Notes: generated by a model from the sequence alone, not told the origin. A stretch of 64,000 nt of DNA from an uncultured Candidatus Saccharibacteria bacterium (GCA_964641015.1 CAZXJN010000001.1:42733-106732), one strand, 5' to 3'; positions 48,176 to 58,725 are shown, numbered from the stretch's first letter. Numbers and translations are program-made.

Positions 48176-49633
48176 TTACTCCACCCCCAACACTTTTTTA
48201 ATGAGCACCTGCACTACGCCTGGATTTGCCTTGCCGCCAGTCGCTTTCATCACCTGCCCTACCAAGAAACCGATTGCTTTCATTTCACCATTTTTGACGT
48301 CATCAGCAGCCTTTTCGTTATCGCTTAATACCTGCTGCACTACCATGATGAGCGCGCCCTCATCGGACTCTTGGATAAGATTCTTTGCCTGAGCAATTTC
48401 TTTTGGATCGCCGCCGTTAATCAGCACTTCGTTCAGCACCTCTTTAGCGGCAGTCGAGCTTACATCTCCCGCATCAAGCATGCTAGTAAGACCAACCAGC
48501 TGTGCCGAGCGGTCAATGACCGTCTCCCACGCCACTTTTTCGTCAGCCACAAGCTTGGTGATATCTCCAGAGATCCAATGAGCAATAGTACGGGCGGTTT
48601 TTTCTCCGTATCCATCAATGATTCCGTGCACGAACCACGCTACAGCAGGCTCCTCAAGCAATACATTCACCTGGGAGCTATCGAGTTTCAGCTTGGAGAA
48701 TGCGGACCTTAGCGTGTTTGGCATATCCGGCATTTCTGCCTGGAGACGTGTGATGAATTTTTCGTCCAACACAACAGGCGGTAAGTCAGGGTCTGGAAAA
48801 TAGCGGTAGTCGTGGGCTTCTTCCTTAGTGCGCTGGCTGAATGTTTGGAGCTTCTCATCGTCCCAGCCGCGAGTTTCCTGCACTATTTCTTCACCCTTTT
48901 CAAGCAGCTTCGTCTGGCGGGCGATTTCATATTCGACAGCCTTTTCTACCGCACGGAACGAGTTGAGATTCTTGGTCTCAGTACGTGTACCTAATTTGTC
49001 TGTTTTGCTGACTGACACGTTGACATCGAACCGCATATTGCCGTGATACAAATCAACATCGCTCACGCCAGCGTACTTCATAAGCAGATAAAGCTCGTGC
49101 GCATACTCTCGCGCCTCTGCAGCAGTGTGCAACTCAGGCTCGGATACTATTTCCAGTAGCGGTGTACCGGCACGATTCAAATCTACAAGACTGTAGTCCT
49201 TGCCAGCAGGGTGGGTTGACTTTCCCGCGTCCGCTTCGAGATGCGCCCTCGTTACACCAATGCGCTTTTTCTCTCCATTGACCACAATGTCTACGTGACC
49301 GCCAAGAATAATCGGCTCATCATACTGGCTGATCTGGTATCCAAGCGGAAGATCAGGATAAAAATAATGCTTGCGATCAAACTTGCTGAAAAGCTGCGGC
49401 GTTGTACCGAGGGCAAAAGCCGCCCGCGCCGCCAGCTCAACTGCCTTGGCATTTAGTACAGGCAACGCTCCGGGCATACCAAAACAAATATGACTCACTA
49501 GCGTATTCGGCGCCGCGTCCCGCGCATCGTTGCCGACAGCAGCAAATAGCTTGGTGTTTGTTTTAAGCTGCACGTGGCATTCGATACCGATAGTCGGCGT
49601 GTACTTGCTTGTAGTTTGTGCAGCCTTGCTCAT
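48176..49633 (-). CDS. gatB: Asp/Glu-tRNA amidotransferase subunit B
   Basis: IGIECHVQL, PGALP, DLNRAGTPLLEIVSEP and YRYFPDPD motifs. Confidence 0.97.
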   Translation of the reverse strand: MSKAAQTTSKYTPTIGIECHVQLKTNTKLFAAVGNDARDAAPNTLVSHICFGMPGALPVLNAKAVELAARAAFALGTTPQLFSKFDRKHYFYPDLPLGYQISQYDEPIILGGHVDIVVNGEKKRIGVTRAHLEADAGKSTHPAGKDYSLVDLNRAGTPLLEIVSEPELHTAAEAREYAHELYLLMKYAGVSDVDLYHGNMRFDVNVSVSKTDKLGTRTETKNLNSFRAVEKAVEYEIARQTKLLEKGEEIVQETRGWDDEKLQTFSQRTKEEAHDYRYFPDPDLPPVVLDEKFITRLQAEMPDMPNTLRSAFSKLKLDSSQVNVLLEEPAVAWFVHGIIDGYGEKTARTIAHWISGDITKLVADEKVAWETVIDRSAQLVGLTSMLDAGDVSSTAAKEVLNEVLINGGDPKEIAQAKNLIQESDEGALIMVVQQVLSDNEKAADDVKNGEMKAIGFLVGQVMKATGGKANPGVVQVLIKKVLGVE

Positions 49634-49797
49634 GATTGCACCTCTGTACTAAGCAGTTTTGGAATATGGGCCTTGCACCTCTGCAGCCTGGTTGTGTTCC
49701 CCATTTTTCCAGTTGAAAGCTGAAAGTTTAAAGTTAAAATAATCAATTCCGACAACTTTGTACTTTCTACTTTGTACCCACTTCCTCTACTGGTCAT
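49630..49797 (-). other. 55-codon bridge ORF across a heptamer-repeat hairpin
   Basis: Manual translation MTSRGSGYKVESTKLSELIILTLNFQLSTGKMGNTTRLQRCKAHIPKLLSTEVQS*; ATGA overlaps with both neighbouring genes. Confidence 0.6.
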
Positions 49798-50207
49798 TTC
49801 AGTGCTCCCAAATCGCGCAAAGCCTGGCGCAAACTAACTAGAGCTTTCTGCACCTCTTTTTTGGTAAGCTTCGTGTCGACTTCGTGGACTATTTTATTGC
49901 GCAGCTTATGCGCATACCACGTTCCGTCGTTATCACTCAGCGACCGCTGAGCTGCCACTAGTCTTTCGCCCATGGTTTTGCCTTTGAACCGGCGCTTTTT
50001 TAATGCTTCATCCAGCAAGCTATCCGCCTGGATGATTGCCATCGGCCACATTTCTTCTTTGTTCAGACCCTTTTGCAGGTCTTTCCATTTGTTAGTAAAG
50101 TATTCATGGTTTAAATCTTTGCGCGGACGGCGTGCCACGAATGTAATAAGTCCTAAGATAGCCAGTGCCGCACCTACCGCCGCAATTAATAATTCCGTCT
50201 GAATCAT
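49794..50207 (-). CDS. Conserved hypothetical protein (N-terminal TM, HEPN-like RNxxxH)
   Basis: AIIQADSLLDEALK...G.TMGERL...AHKLRNKIVHE. Confidence 0.8.
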   Translation of the reverse strand: MIQTELLIAAVGAALAILGLITFVARRPRKDLNHEYFTNKWKDLQKGLNKEEMWPMAIIQADSLLDEALKKRRFKGKTMGERLVAAQRSLSDNDGTWYAHKLRNKIVHEVDTKLTKKEVQKALVSLRQALRDLGALK

Positions 50208-51635
50208 CTACACGCTCCTCTGTAAGTCTTCTACTGCTGCGGCCACCCCAAGCAGCGCTCTGTCTTGACGCTGCGGCGCCATAATCTGCAGGCCGATTGG
50301 CAGCCCTTCGTGCATGCCCACCGGCACACTTATAGCCGGCACGCCGACCAGGTTTGCTGCCACGGTCATAATGTCTGCGAGATACATTGCAAGCGGATCG
50401 TCGCTGTTTTCACCAATTTTAAATGCAGTCGAAGGCGCGGTAGGACCCAAAAGAAAATCAACTTCCTCAAATGCCGCTTCAAACTCTTTGATTAATTTGC
50501 TGCGTACCGTCTGGGCCTTTTTATAATACGCGTCATAATAGCCAGAACTCAGTACATATGTGCCAATCATGATTCGACGCTTAGCTTCGGCGCCAAAGCC
50601 TTTTTCGCGTGAGATCTCATAGCTATCCGTAAGATTCTTTGCGCTGTCTTCAGTATACCCATAGCGCTGGCCGTCATACCGGCTCAGGTTGCTGCTAACC
50701 TCTGCCGGGCAAATCACATAGTAGACCGCCAACGCCAGCGGCAGTGACGGCAGGCTGACTTCCTTTATGACCGCACCGGCAGCTTCCATAGTGCGTACTG
50801 TCTGCTGTATTCGATTCCGTACAAAATCCTCTACGCCATCACCCATGTACTCTTTCACGACGCCGACAATTTTGCCCTGCAGGCTGGTATCAAGCTTGGT
50901 GTAGCTGATTTCATCGCGTTCAATAGTGGTTGCATCAAGCGGATCACGTCCAGCCATAACATCTAAAACAAGTGCAGCGTCCTCGACTCGCGCAGCAATA
51001 GGTCCCATGCAGTCCAGGCTGCTCGCCATCGCTACCACACCGCTCCGACTCGTGAGGCCATATGTTGGCTTGAGCCCTACTGCACCGCAAAAACTTGCCG
51101 GCAATCTAATCGAGCCGCCGGTATCGGAACCGAGTGCAAATGGCGCCAAGCCCAACACTACCGCAGCGCCAGAGCCGCCAGAGCTTCCTCCTGGCACGTA
51201 CTGCTTGTTATGCGGGTTGAGGGTAGTAAAAAAATCACTATTCTCAGTGCTCGACCCGTGAGCAAAAGCATCCAGATTTGCCTTGGCCACGCAAATCGCC
51301 CCCTCGGCCTCGAGCCTTTCAATCACACTCGCCTGATAGGGCGCATCAAAGCCCTTTAACATATTGCTTGCAGCAGTCGTAGCAGCTCCAAACGCCAGAA
51401 AATTATCCTTGGCAATAAAGGGCACGCCTGCTAGCCTTCCTGGATTTTTGCCAGCTCTCACCAGCCCGTCTATAAACTCTGCGCGTTCCAGCGCACGCCG
51501 CTTAGTGGTCGCAATGATTGCCTGGTATTCATCTGCTGCATCAATACGCTCCAGCGATTCATCCACCAGACTCAGCGCAGATGTTTCGCCAGAACGAACC
51601 TTCTTCGCAATAATTTCAATTGACTCCCAGTTCAT
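50208..51635 (-). CDS. gatA: Asp/Glu-tRNA amidotransferase subunit A
   Basis: Amidase signature KDN, PGGSSGGS and GSDTGGSIR; start MNWES at 51635 with SD GAGG. Confidence 0.95.
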   Translation of the reverse strand: MNWESIEIIAKKVRSGETSALSLVDESLERIDAADEYQAIIATTKRRALERAEFIDGLVRAGKNPGRLAGVPFIAKDNFLAFGAATTAASNMLKGFDAPYQASVIERLEAEGAICVAKANLDAFAHGSSTENSDFFTTLNPHNKQYVPGGSSGGSGAAVVLGLAPFALGSDTGGSIRLPASFCGAVGLKPTYGLTSRSGVVAMASSLDCMGPIAARVEDAALVLDVMAGRDPLDATTIERDEISYTKLDTSLQGKIVGVVKEYMGDGVEDFVRNRIQQTVRTMEAAGAVIKEVSLPSLPLALAVYYVICPAEVSSNLSRYDGQRYGYTEDSAKNLTDSYEISREKGFGAEAKRRIMIGTYVLSSGYYDAYYKKAQTVRSKLIKEFEAAFEEVDFLLGPTAPSTAFKIGENSDDPLAMYLADIMTVAANLVGVPAISVPVGMHEGLPIGLQIMAPQRQDRALLGVAAAVEDLQRSV

Positions 51636-51868
51636 GAGACTGCCTCTAACTGCGAAAGGTGAAGCTGCTCGTGGCAATATCTATATATCTTGCCTACAGA
51701 TTCTGCGCTTGAGCTAGTTTTGGTGCGGCTCGGCGTAACGCAAGCCTGCCGTACACTGTAGTACTGCTGGCGCGTAACGTAACGAGTCAACCCAAAACCA
51801 GCCAAGAAGCCAGACAAAGACCGGCTTTGCTGGACTTTTCTGGCGGGTGCAGGATTCGTGGCAGTCAT
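51632..51868 (-). other. 78-codon bridge ORF across a palindromic element between gatC and gatA
   Basis: ATG overlaps the gatC TGA and its TGA overlaps the gatA ATG; contains a hairpin at about 51714-51802. Confidence 0.6.
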
Positions 51869-52158
51869 CCGATCATCCTCTTGACTTTCAGATAGCCCCT
51901 CTCGGTCTTTGGCGCGTTTTTGAGCAGCTCCTCTTTGGTGATTCCATAGTCCTTGACTACGTCGTCACGCATCACGTTGACGAGCCCTGCCACCTGATAG
52001 GTCGGCTTCAGCCCATTAGTATCAACATCACCCAGCATTTCTACATAGCCTAGAATACTGCTGATTTCGGTTTGAAAGTTTTCGACCTCTGCTTTGCTCA
52101 GCCGCAGGCTCGCGAGTTTGGCCAATTTTAAGATATCATCCTTAGAGAGTTTCGCCAT
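51865..52158 (-). CDS. gatC: Asp/Glu-tRNA amidotransferase subunit C
   Basis: LAKLASLRL...ILGYVEML...MRDD...NAP motifs. Confidence 0.93.
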   Translation of the reverse strand: MAKLSKDDILKLAKLASLRLSKAEVENFQTEISSILGYVEMLGDVDTNGLKPTYQVAGLVNVMRDDVVKDYGITKEELLKNAPKTERGYLKVKRMIG

Positions 52159-52354
52159 ATGTGAGCTAAATTATAACAGGTTGATCTGTCTCTGACCACT
52201 GCAGTTAGACGTAGCCTAGATCAAAGCAGCGTCGATTATAATCTCGCTCATATCAGAATCTGATTACACGAGCTACACAACGAAAAACAACTACAATATT
52301 CTCAATTTTAGGACGGCCGTCACAAAAATGAGAATAATATCACAGGGGTATACA

Positions 52355-52396
52355 TTGACTACACTTGAGATGTGTGATATAATAAAAATATAGGGT
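52355..52396 (+). promoter_or_regulatory. Orphan consensus promoter, ATAGGGT family
   Basis: TTGACT-17-TATAAT-6-ATAGGGT, convergent on uvrB. Confidence 0.72.
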
Positions 52397-52554
52397 GTAT
52401 CTTGCTTTTAGCCCATCCTTCTTGATTTTTCTGCACTCGGACGCGCTACCCAAGCTCGAATCCTGTACAGCCCGACAATCTCTTTAGAAGATATCCTATA
52501 GCTGACGCGAGCAGCTAGCTTCTCAAGTAAACAGCAGTAACGTCTGTACCTTCT

Positions 52555-54519
52555 CTACAGTTTGCTCTTCACATCAGCGATAATATCCCGCAGCTCGGCG
52601 GCTTTTTCAAACTGTAGGTTCGCTGCTGCCATGTCCATCTGCGCGCTGAGATCTTTGATGAGATGCTTGTATTCTTCTTTTGGGATTTTCTTTAGATCAA
52701 GCTTTGGTTTTTTAGCGTCCTCGCTCGGCTCGACACGCATACTTTTCTCGACAGCCTTAGCGATGCCAGCCGGAGTAATACCGTGCTGTTTGTTGTATTT
52801 GGCTTGAATCTCACGGCGGCGGTTTGTCTCGTCAATCGTGCGCTGCATACTGCCGGTAATAGTATCGGCGTACATAACAACCCGGCCTTCAACGTGACGG
52901 GCAGCCCTGCCGACTGTTTGAATCAGGGCCTGTTCGCTCCGTAGGAATCCTTCTTTGTCGGCATCAAGAATCGCAACGAGCGAAACTTCCGGCAAATCCA
53001 ACCCTTCTCGCAGCAGGTTAATCCCTACCACGACATCATATACCCCCAGCCGTAAGTCACGCAAAATATCAGTACGCTCCAGCGTATCAACATCACTGTG
53101 CAGGTATGTCACCTTGATATTGATTTCTTGCAAATACTCTGTCAAATCTTCCGACATGCGCTTTGTAAGCGTCGTCACGAGTACTCGCTGGCGCTTGTTG
53201 ACAGTCTCGCGGATTTCATTAATCAAATCATCGATTTGGCCATCGATCGGCCGAACCTCAATCGGCGGATCTAGCAGCCCGGTGGGGCGTATCACCTGCT
53301 CGGTCGGCTCTGGGCTGCGCTCCAGTTCGTACTGTGCAGGTGTGGCGCTGACATACACCACCTGGTTAATATGACGTTCAAACTCAGCAAAATTGAGCGG
53401 ACGGTTATCTAATGCGCTGGGCAGCCGAAAGCCGTGCTCTACTAGCACCTCCTTGCGCGCCCGGTCGCCATTGTACATTCCGCGCACTTGCGGGATTGTC
53501 ATATGCGACTCATCAATAAACATCAGATAATCGTCCGGGTAGTAGTCAAGCAAGGTGGCAGGCTGTTCGCCTGGCTCGCGGTTGGTCAGGTACCGGCTGT
53601 AGTTTTCTATACCCTTCACAAAACCGGTCTCCTCCAGCATCTCCAGGTCAAATTTGGTCCGTTGCTTTAGCCGCTGCGCTTCAAGCAGTTTGTTCTGCTG
53701 TTCGAACAGCGCTACTTGCTCATCGAGCTCGGTTTGAATTTTGCCTAGTGCAATCTTGAGCTTGTCGTAGGGTGTCACATAGTGGCTGCCTGGAAAAATC
53801 TGCACTTCACCAAGTTCTGCGAGTATTTCACCGGTCAGTGGATCAACCTGAGTAATCCGATCCACCTCGTCACCAAAGAACTCCACCCGGTAAGCTACTT
53901 CTTCACCAGCCGGAAACACATCCACGACATCGCCGCGTACTCGGAACGTGCTGCGATGAAAATCAATATCGTTACGCTGGTACTGAATATCTGTCAGATG
54001 GCGCATGAATTTATCACGCAGCTTGCGCTCGCCCTTTTTAACCGTTACCGACAGTCCGGCATAGTCTTCGACTGAGCCGATGCCATAAATACAGCTGACG
54101 CTGGCAACAATAATGACGTCCTTCCTGGTTAGCAGCGCATCAGTAGCGGCATGACGCAACCGATCGATCTCTTCATTAATCTGCGAATCTTTCTCGATAA
54201 ATGTGTCGCTGCGCGCGATGTATGCCTCTGGCTGATAGTAGTCAAAGTAGCTTACAAAATAGTGCACAGCGTTATTTGGGAAAAAGTTTTTAAATTCAGA
54301 ATACAACTGGGCGGCCAGGGTTTTGTTATGACTGAGGACTAGAGTCGGCCGTTGCACGTTCTGGATAACGTTCGCCATGGTAAATGTCTTACCCGACCCA
54401 GTTACGCCAAGCAGCGTTTGTTCTCGCTCGCCATCACGAACAAGCTGCGTAATACGTTCTATCGCAGCTGGCTGGTCGCCTTGGGGCTGATAGGGGGATT
54501 CTAGCTTGAACTTTGCCAT
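52555..54519 (-). CDS. uvrB: Excinuclease ABC subunit B
   Basis: [19 protein letters not shown] and GRAAR motifs; C-terminal UVR domain. Confidence 0.98.
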   Translation of the reverse strand: MAKFKLESPYQPQGDQPAAIERITQLVRDGEREQTLLGVTGSGKTFTMANVIQNVQRPTLVLSHNKTLAAQLYSEFKNFFPNNAVHYFVSYFDYYQPEAYIARSDTFIEKDSQINEEIDRLRHAATDALLTRKDVIIVASVSCIYGIGSVEDYAGLSVTVKKGERKLRDKFMRHLTDIQYQRNDIDFHRSTFRVRGDVVDVFPAGEEVAYRVEFFGDEVDRITQVDPLTGEILAELGEVQIFPGSHYVTPYDKLKIALGKIQTELDEQVALFEQQNKLLEAQRLKQRTKFDLEMLEETGFVKGIENYSRYLTNREPGEQPATLLDYYPDDYLMFIDESHMTIPQVRGMYNGDRARKEVLVEHGFRLPSALDNRPLNFAEFERHINQVVYVSATPAQYELERSPEPTEQVIRPTGLLDPPIEVRPIDGQIDDLINEIRETVNKRQRVLVTTLTKRMSEDLTEYLQEINIKVTYLHSDVDTLERTDILRDLRLGVYDVVVGINLLREGLDLPEVSLVAILDADKEGFLRSEQALIQTVGRAARHVEGRVVMYADTITGSMQRTIDETNRRREIQAKYNKQHGITPAGIAKAVEKSMRVEPSEDAKKPKLDLKKIPKEEYKHLIKDLSAQMDMAAANLQFEKAAELRDIIADVKSKL

Positions 54520-54542
54520 CCCTTTATTGTACCAAGTTTTAT

Positions 54543-55259
54543 TTAGTCAAATACAACGGTACTAAGAATGGTGGCAAAAAGCTCTTTAAACTCTGTCGTA
54601 TCCTCGTCAAGCCCGTGTAGGCGTATCTCATAGTAGCTATCATCCATATAGGTATACGCCGATCTATACGTGCCGTGGCACTTTATATCAGATATAATCG
54701 TGGGTAATCCGCCCACCTGAGTCGTCGAATAATCACCACCGCAACCCTGTTCAGTCGTGCCAAGGTGCGTCAGATGATCTTCGTAGCTTTGAAGTGAAAC
54801 ATCGTCGATTTCACGGTGATAGAGCTCCAGCCAGTAGCCTGCGCCAACGCTCGGCCCAAGGTCTCGTGCCTCTATGAAGTCTGATGATACGATATCAACG
54901 TCGCTCGTGGAACTTTCTAGTGTTGTTGATTGAGCCCACGTCTTTGGATGCTGGAGACTAATCCCAAGACCACTATAGGTCACCCAAGAATCTGTCGGTA
55001 CAGTGGCGACATCCTCCATAACAGGCGCCTTTTGTTCTGGATTACTCCATGTTTGGCCGTTAGCTGCACACTGCTCCGGGAAGCTCTCCATCACCGGATA
55101 ACCAGCCGCTACGCAATCTGCGAATGACTGGATGGACTGCTGGCTTTGCTCGTCCGACCGCCACGCAAACACAAAAATCACAACCATTGCCAGCGCCACT
55201 ACCACGATAAGACCTATCTCTATTTTGCCAAGCTTGAATTGTGATTTGTCCTGGTTCAT
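54543..55259 (-). CDS. Membrane-anchored hypothetical protein (PsbP-like C-terminus)
   Basis: N-terminal TM; [20 protein letters not shown] motif; HPKTW. Confidence 0.75.
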   Translation of the reverse strand: MNQDKSQFKLGKIEIGLIVVVALAMVVIFVFAWRSDEQSQQSIQSFADCVAAGYPVMESFPEQCAANGQTWSNPEQKAPVMEDVATVPTDSWVTYSGLGISLQHPKTWAQSTTLESSTSDVDIVSSDFIEARDLGPSVGAGYWLELYHREIDDVSLQSYEDHLTHLGTTEQGCGGDYSTTQVGGLPTIISDIKCHGTYRSAYTYMDDSYYEIRLHGLDEDTTEFKELFATILSTVVFD

Positions 55260-55277
55260 AAACCCCCGCGTTGTTGT

Positions 55278-56519
55278 TTAAAGTTTCAGCCTGTCGGCCG
55301 CCAGCATGTTTTTATCGAGTTGCTGCAGGATCTGTGTTTCGAGCACCTTCTCTCCCATATAGCGCATATACAGCTCGTTCCACAAACTGGCTCGCATATG
55401 GAAATTAATACGCTCATCATATGGCACGGCCAAGTAATAGTTCATGCTGTTATCCATTAGATTAAAGCTGACTGGCGAATCATCGCCAAGCAACACACCG
55501 ACATAATCCAAATCACGCCAGAACCTAAGCTCTGGATTTATCTTATAGAGCTGCTCCTCAGCCCGTCGCCAATAAAGATCTTCTGGCTGTACATGCGGAT
55601 GGAATATCTCCGGATGCCCCAGGTGCTCTGGCCGGCCGTAATGCCGCTGGACAATCCGCCAGTGCACTTTGCTGCCAGCCATCTCAGCAGCCGGCTCGGA
55701 ATCTTCGTTGAGCGTACGGGCGACTATCTTGCCAAAGTCTGGCTTGACCTGCTGCAACTTGAAATACGAACTATACAGTCTGATTTCGTTGATATAGTGC
55801 AGCGCAATCGGCAGCGTAGAAATCGTAAACCCAACTATCTGGTCCTGGGGCGGAGGCAACAGCACTATACTGCCCAACTCTTTGAGATGCGTGATGTTGT
55901 AGCGCTTTTCATTAGTAAATTGTCCGGCCAGGCTGCCCCAGCGCTCTTTGTCTAGAATGATTATTTCGATGTCGCGGTTTTCAAAATCGGATTGCTGGAG
56001 CTGCTTATAGGTTCTGTTGAACTTTCTCAGCCAGCTTGGCGTTTCTGCAAAACGCAGCGCCCCATAGATTTCACCCAGATTTTCGCGCTTGGTCATTGAT
56101 TCTACTGAAGAATACCCAAGATGCTTCATCACCCTCTCCGGGGGTGTTTGGTGAAGCAGCCGTTTTGCGACACTCTTTTTGATCACCCACGCAGAGCGCG
56201 GCACGTCTGATTTTTCGATAGCGCGCTTTATAAGCGGCAACAGCCGCGGCACATCAAGCGGATCACTACCTCCGATGTGTTTTGCCAGGTGTTCATCGTG
56301 CAGTTTTATCTTGTGAAGAAGCGCGTAGTACAGCTCTTCGCCGGTCGTATCAGCTGAATCCAACCCGAGCTGTTTGAGCTTGGCCTGTACGGTCTGAATG
56401 ATCTCGCTCATCAGCCGCACGTCCATCGACGGACGCCCGGATGACTCTTCGAGCTGGCGTATTGCGAGACTAAAAAAAGGTTCTTCCGCCCCTAATAATT
56501 TTGATAAGAGATTAGACAT
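55278..56519 (-). CDS. Hypothetical protein
   Basis: 413-aa ORF with its own extended -10 (TGcTAGAAT); no family recognised. Confidence 0.8.
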   Translation of the reverse strand: MSNLLSKLLGAEEPFFSLAIRQLEESSGRPSMDVRLMSEIIQTVQAKLKQLGLDSADTTGEELYYALLHKIKLHDEHLAKHIGGSDPLDVPRLLPLIKRAIEKSDVPRSAWVIKKSVAKRLLHQTPPERVMKHLGYSSVESMTKRENLGEIYGALRFAETPSWLRKFNRTYKQLQQSDFENRDIEIIILDKERWGSLAGQFTNEKRYNITHLKELGSIVLLPPPQDQIVGFTISTLPIALHYINEIRLYSSYFKLQQVKPDFGKIVARTLNEDSEPAAEMAGSKVHWRIVQRHYGRPEHLGHPEIFHPHVQPEDLYWRRAEEQLYKINPELRFWRDLDYVGVLLGDDSPVSFNLMDNSMNYYLAVPYDERINFHMRASLWNELYMRYMGEKVLETQILQQLDKNMLAADRLKL

Positions 56520-56660
56520 ACACCACCATTTCGTCTTATGTATCCATCTCTTTTGATTCTAGCATGAATTACCCTATCTTACGCACCATTCTGTCCAAAA
56601 TCGTTGTCATATATTCTACAGCTGAAAATGCTTATGAAAAATGCTATACTAAAACAAATC

Positions 56661-57422
56661 ATGCAAGACAAAAAACTATCAGCAATCACCCCGCATCGCG
56701 ACGCAATAGCCAATCTCGTCGATCAAGAGACTGAGCAGCGCATCGATCGGATCGAAAAAGAATTCAAAGCCGGATTTGATATCGTCAACAAGCATATCAA
56801 CACGGTAACCGTGTTTGGCTCGGCGCGGTTTCTTGAGGACAATCCATACTACCAGCAGGCGCGCGCCACCGCACATATGCTAGCCAAAGAAGGATTTACG
56901 GTTATCACCGGTGGCGGAGGCGGCATCATGGAGGCGGCCAACCGTGGCGCGTACGAGGCTGGCGGCAAATCGATTGGCTTTAATATACAGCTGCCGCACG
57001 AGCAAAAACTCAACCCCTACACTACCGAGTCGTTGCCGTTCAGATATTTCTTTGCCCGAAAGGTGATGCTGGTCTATGCGGCCAGCGCCCTCGTGTGCTT
57101 CCCTGGCGGATTCGGCACCCTCGATGAGCTATTTGAGGTAGTGACACTAGTCCAGACAGGTAAAATGCCGCCTGTGCCGATTATTCTGGTCGGCAGTGAT
57201 TTTTGGAATCCGCTCCATGAATTTATAAAAACCAGCATGCTCGACAAGCTGGGGGCAATCAGCCATGGTGATGAAGAGCTGTATGTCATTACCGACGATA
57301 TTGAAGAGATTAAACACATCGTCAACAACAGCCGTGAGGTAACCTCTGTGTTCGCTATGCCAGAAGAAGCTATGACGCCTGCGCGCGAAGAAAAGATCGC
57401 TACCGTGCACCCGGCGCCATGA
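56661..57422 (+). CDS. LOG family (TIGR00730) nucleotide phosphoribohydrolase
   Basis: VFGSAR, TGGGGGIMEAANRGA and FPGGFGTLDE motifs; ATG 10 nt after TGcTATACT. Confidence 0.92.
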   Translation: MQDKKLSAITPHRDAIANLVDQETEQRIDRIEKEFKAGFDIVNKHINTVTVFGSARFLEDNPYYQQARATAHMLAKEGFTVITGGGGGIMEAANRGAYEAGGKSIGFNIQLPHEQKLNPYTTESLPFRYFFARKVMLVYAASALVCFPGGFGTLDELFEVVTLVQTGKMPPVPIILVGSDFWNPLHEFIKTSMLDKLGAISHGDEELYVITDDIEEIKHIVNNSREVTSVFAMPEEAMTPAREEKIATVHPAP

Positions 57423-57451
57423 AAGGCTCGTTATTTTTTAGGTTTATTTTG

Positions 57452-57493
57452 ACCCTATCTTTTCATTTTATCATACAATAAACATTTTGTCAA
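57452..57493 (-). promoter_or_regulatory. Orphan consensus promoter, ATAGGGT family
   Basis: Minus strand TTGACA-17-TAAAAT-6-ATAGGGT, convergent on the LOG gene. Confidence 0.75.
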
Positions 57494-57553
57494 GTTTCTA
57501 TAGTATTAACCCCTGTTTCACGCTGACTTTCACAGACTGCACCCATAAGTGAA

Positions 57554-57587
57554 ACACCCTCGAAGAGATTTAACTTTTCGAGGGTGT
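57554..57587 (-). terminator. Terminator after pfkB
   Basis: ACACCCTCGAA...TTCGAGGGTGT stem. Confidence 0.7.
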
Positions 57588-57612
57588 GTTGTGCTCAAGC
57601 CATTTCTTATTT

Positions 57613-58626
57613 CTAGTCCAAGGGCTTTGGCACGTACCACTCAGGGGCTTCGTCAAGAAGCTTCTGGATCTGCGCCTCTGTCATCAGGCCCTCCTGTGCA
57701 CCAGGGTGCTGGACAACGTTCATAGAGTTGACAGGACCCCAGGCCAGCGCCTCCTCAAGCGATTTGCCGCGCATAATTGCAGCAGTAAAAGTGCTGGCGA
57801 ATGCATCGCCTGCCCCAGTACGCTCATAAGGTGGAGCCGGGTCCGGATAGATCGGCATGAACAGCCGTTTGCCCTGGCCGCTCGCATACGCGCCGCTTGG
57901 TCCGTCGGTGATACACACGGTCATATCCTCAGGGCCAAGCGCGTGAAGCTTATCAAATTGGTCATGGATATTATTAATGTCTCCACCACCTACCAACGTC
58001 GCTTCCTCTTTGTTGAGCACGAGGATATTGCTGTGCTGGTAGATTCTGCTCAGCCGTTCGGCTCCTGCCTTCATCTGGAAGGTGCCTGGCTGGAAGGCAA
58101 GCTTTACCTCTGGGTTTTCATCAAGCCAGTCGGCAAGTTCGTCGTGGAACTCGAGCGCGTTTTCGGCAATCGAGCTAAAATAAATCCACTTTGGTTTTTC
58201 GCGCTCGCGTAGGTTGGGCCAGATGTACTCATAGTCTTCGTGGTTGATTAGAATCGTGCGCTCTTCTTTGTACCAAAGCACGTAGTGGTAATTGGTTTTC
58301 TTGCCTGGGTTCACACGCACCCAGCGGGTGTCGATATTCTTACTGTTCAAAGAGGCGATAATACCGCGGCCGTACTTGTCATCACCCACATTGGTGACAA
58401 ACCCGCAGTTGAGTCCTAGTCGCGTCAGGCTGACTGCGGCATTGGCTGCGTTGCCTACACCCTCTACGACGACGGCATGGTCAAACGGAATCTTGGTGCC
58501 GTATTCCATCGCAATCACGTTGGTACCATGTTCGTCGACATAGCTCCAGGCCTTGTCGTCAAACAGCTTAATAAATGCGTCAGTTACTACGTCGCCGACA
58601 CTCAGGACATCTAGTTGCTGGCTCAT
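57613..58626 (-). CDS. PfkB family carbohydrate kinase
   Basis: GNAANAAVSLTRLG, NKEEA and TGAGDAF motifs. Confidence 0.92.
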   Translation of the reverse strand: MSQQLDVLSVGDVVTDAFIKLFDDKAWSYVDEHGTNVIAMEYGTKIPFDHAVVVEGVGNAANAAVSLTRLGLNCGFVTNVGDDKYGRGIIASLNSKNIDTRWVRVNPGKKTNYHYVLWYKEERTILINHEDYEYIWPNLREREKPKWIYFSSIAENALEFHDELADWLDENPEVKLAFQPGTFQMKAGAERLSRIYQHSNILVLNKEEATLVGGGDINNIHDQFDKLHALGPEDMTVCITDGPSGAYASGQGKRLFMPIYPDPAPPYERTGAGDAFASTFTAAIMRGKSLEEALAWGPVNSMNVVQHPGAQEGLMTEAQIQKLLDEAPEWYVPKPLD

Positions 58627-58725
58627 TTTAAGATTGCACCCCTTTTTGATTAGTGATTATTTGTTATTGCTTATGTTTATTGTCGCACAGAGTAGCCCTA
58701 TTCTCAAGCTCGCTGCAGCCTGCTG

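Noticed and set aside
52408-52554. About 48 open codons in frame after the uvrB TAG (possible readthrough)
   Set aside because: UvrB already ends at its normal UVR domain, a run of this length is not rare by chance, and it is not coupled to a downstream gene.
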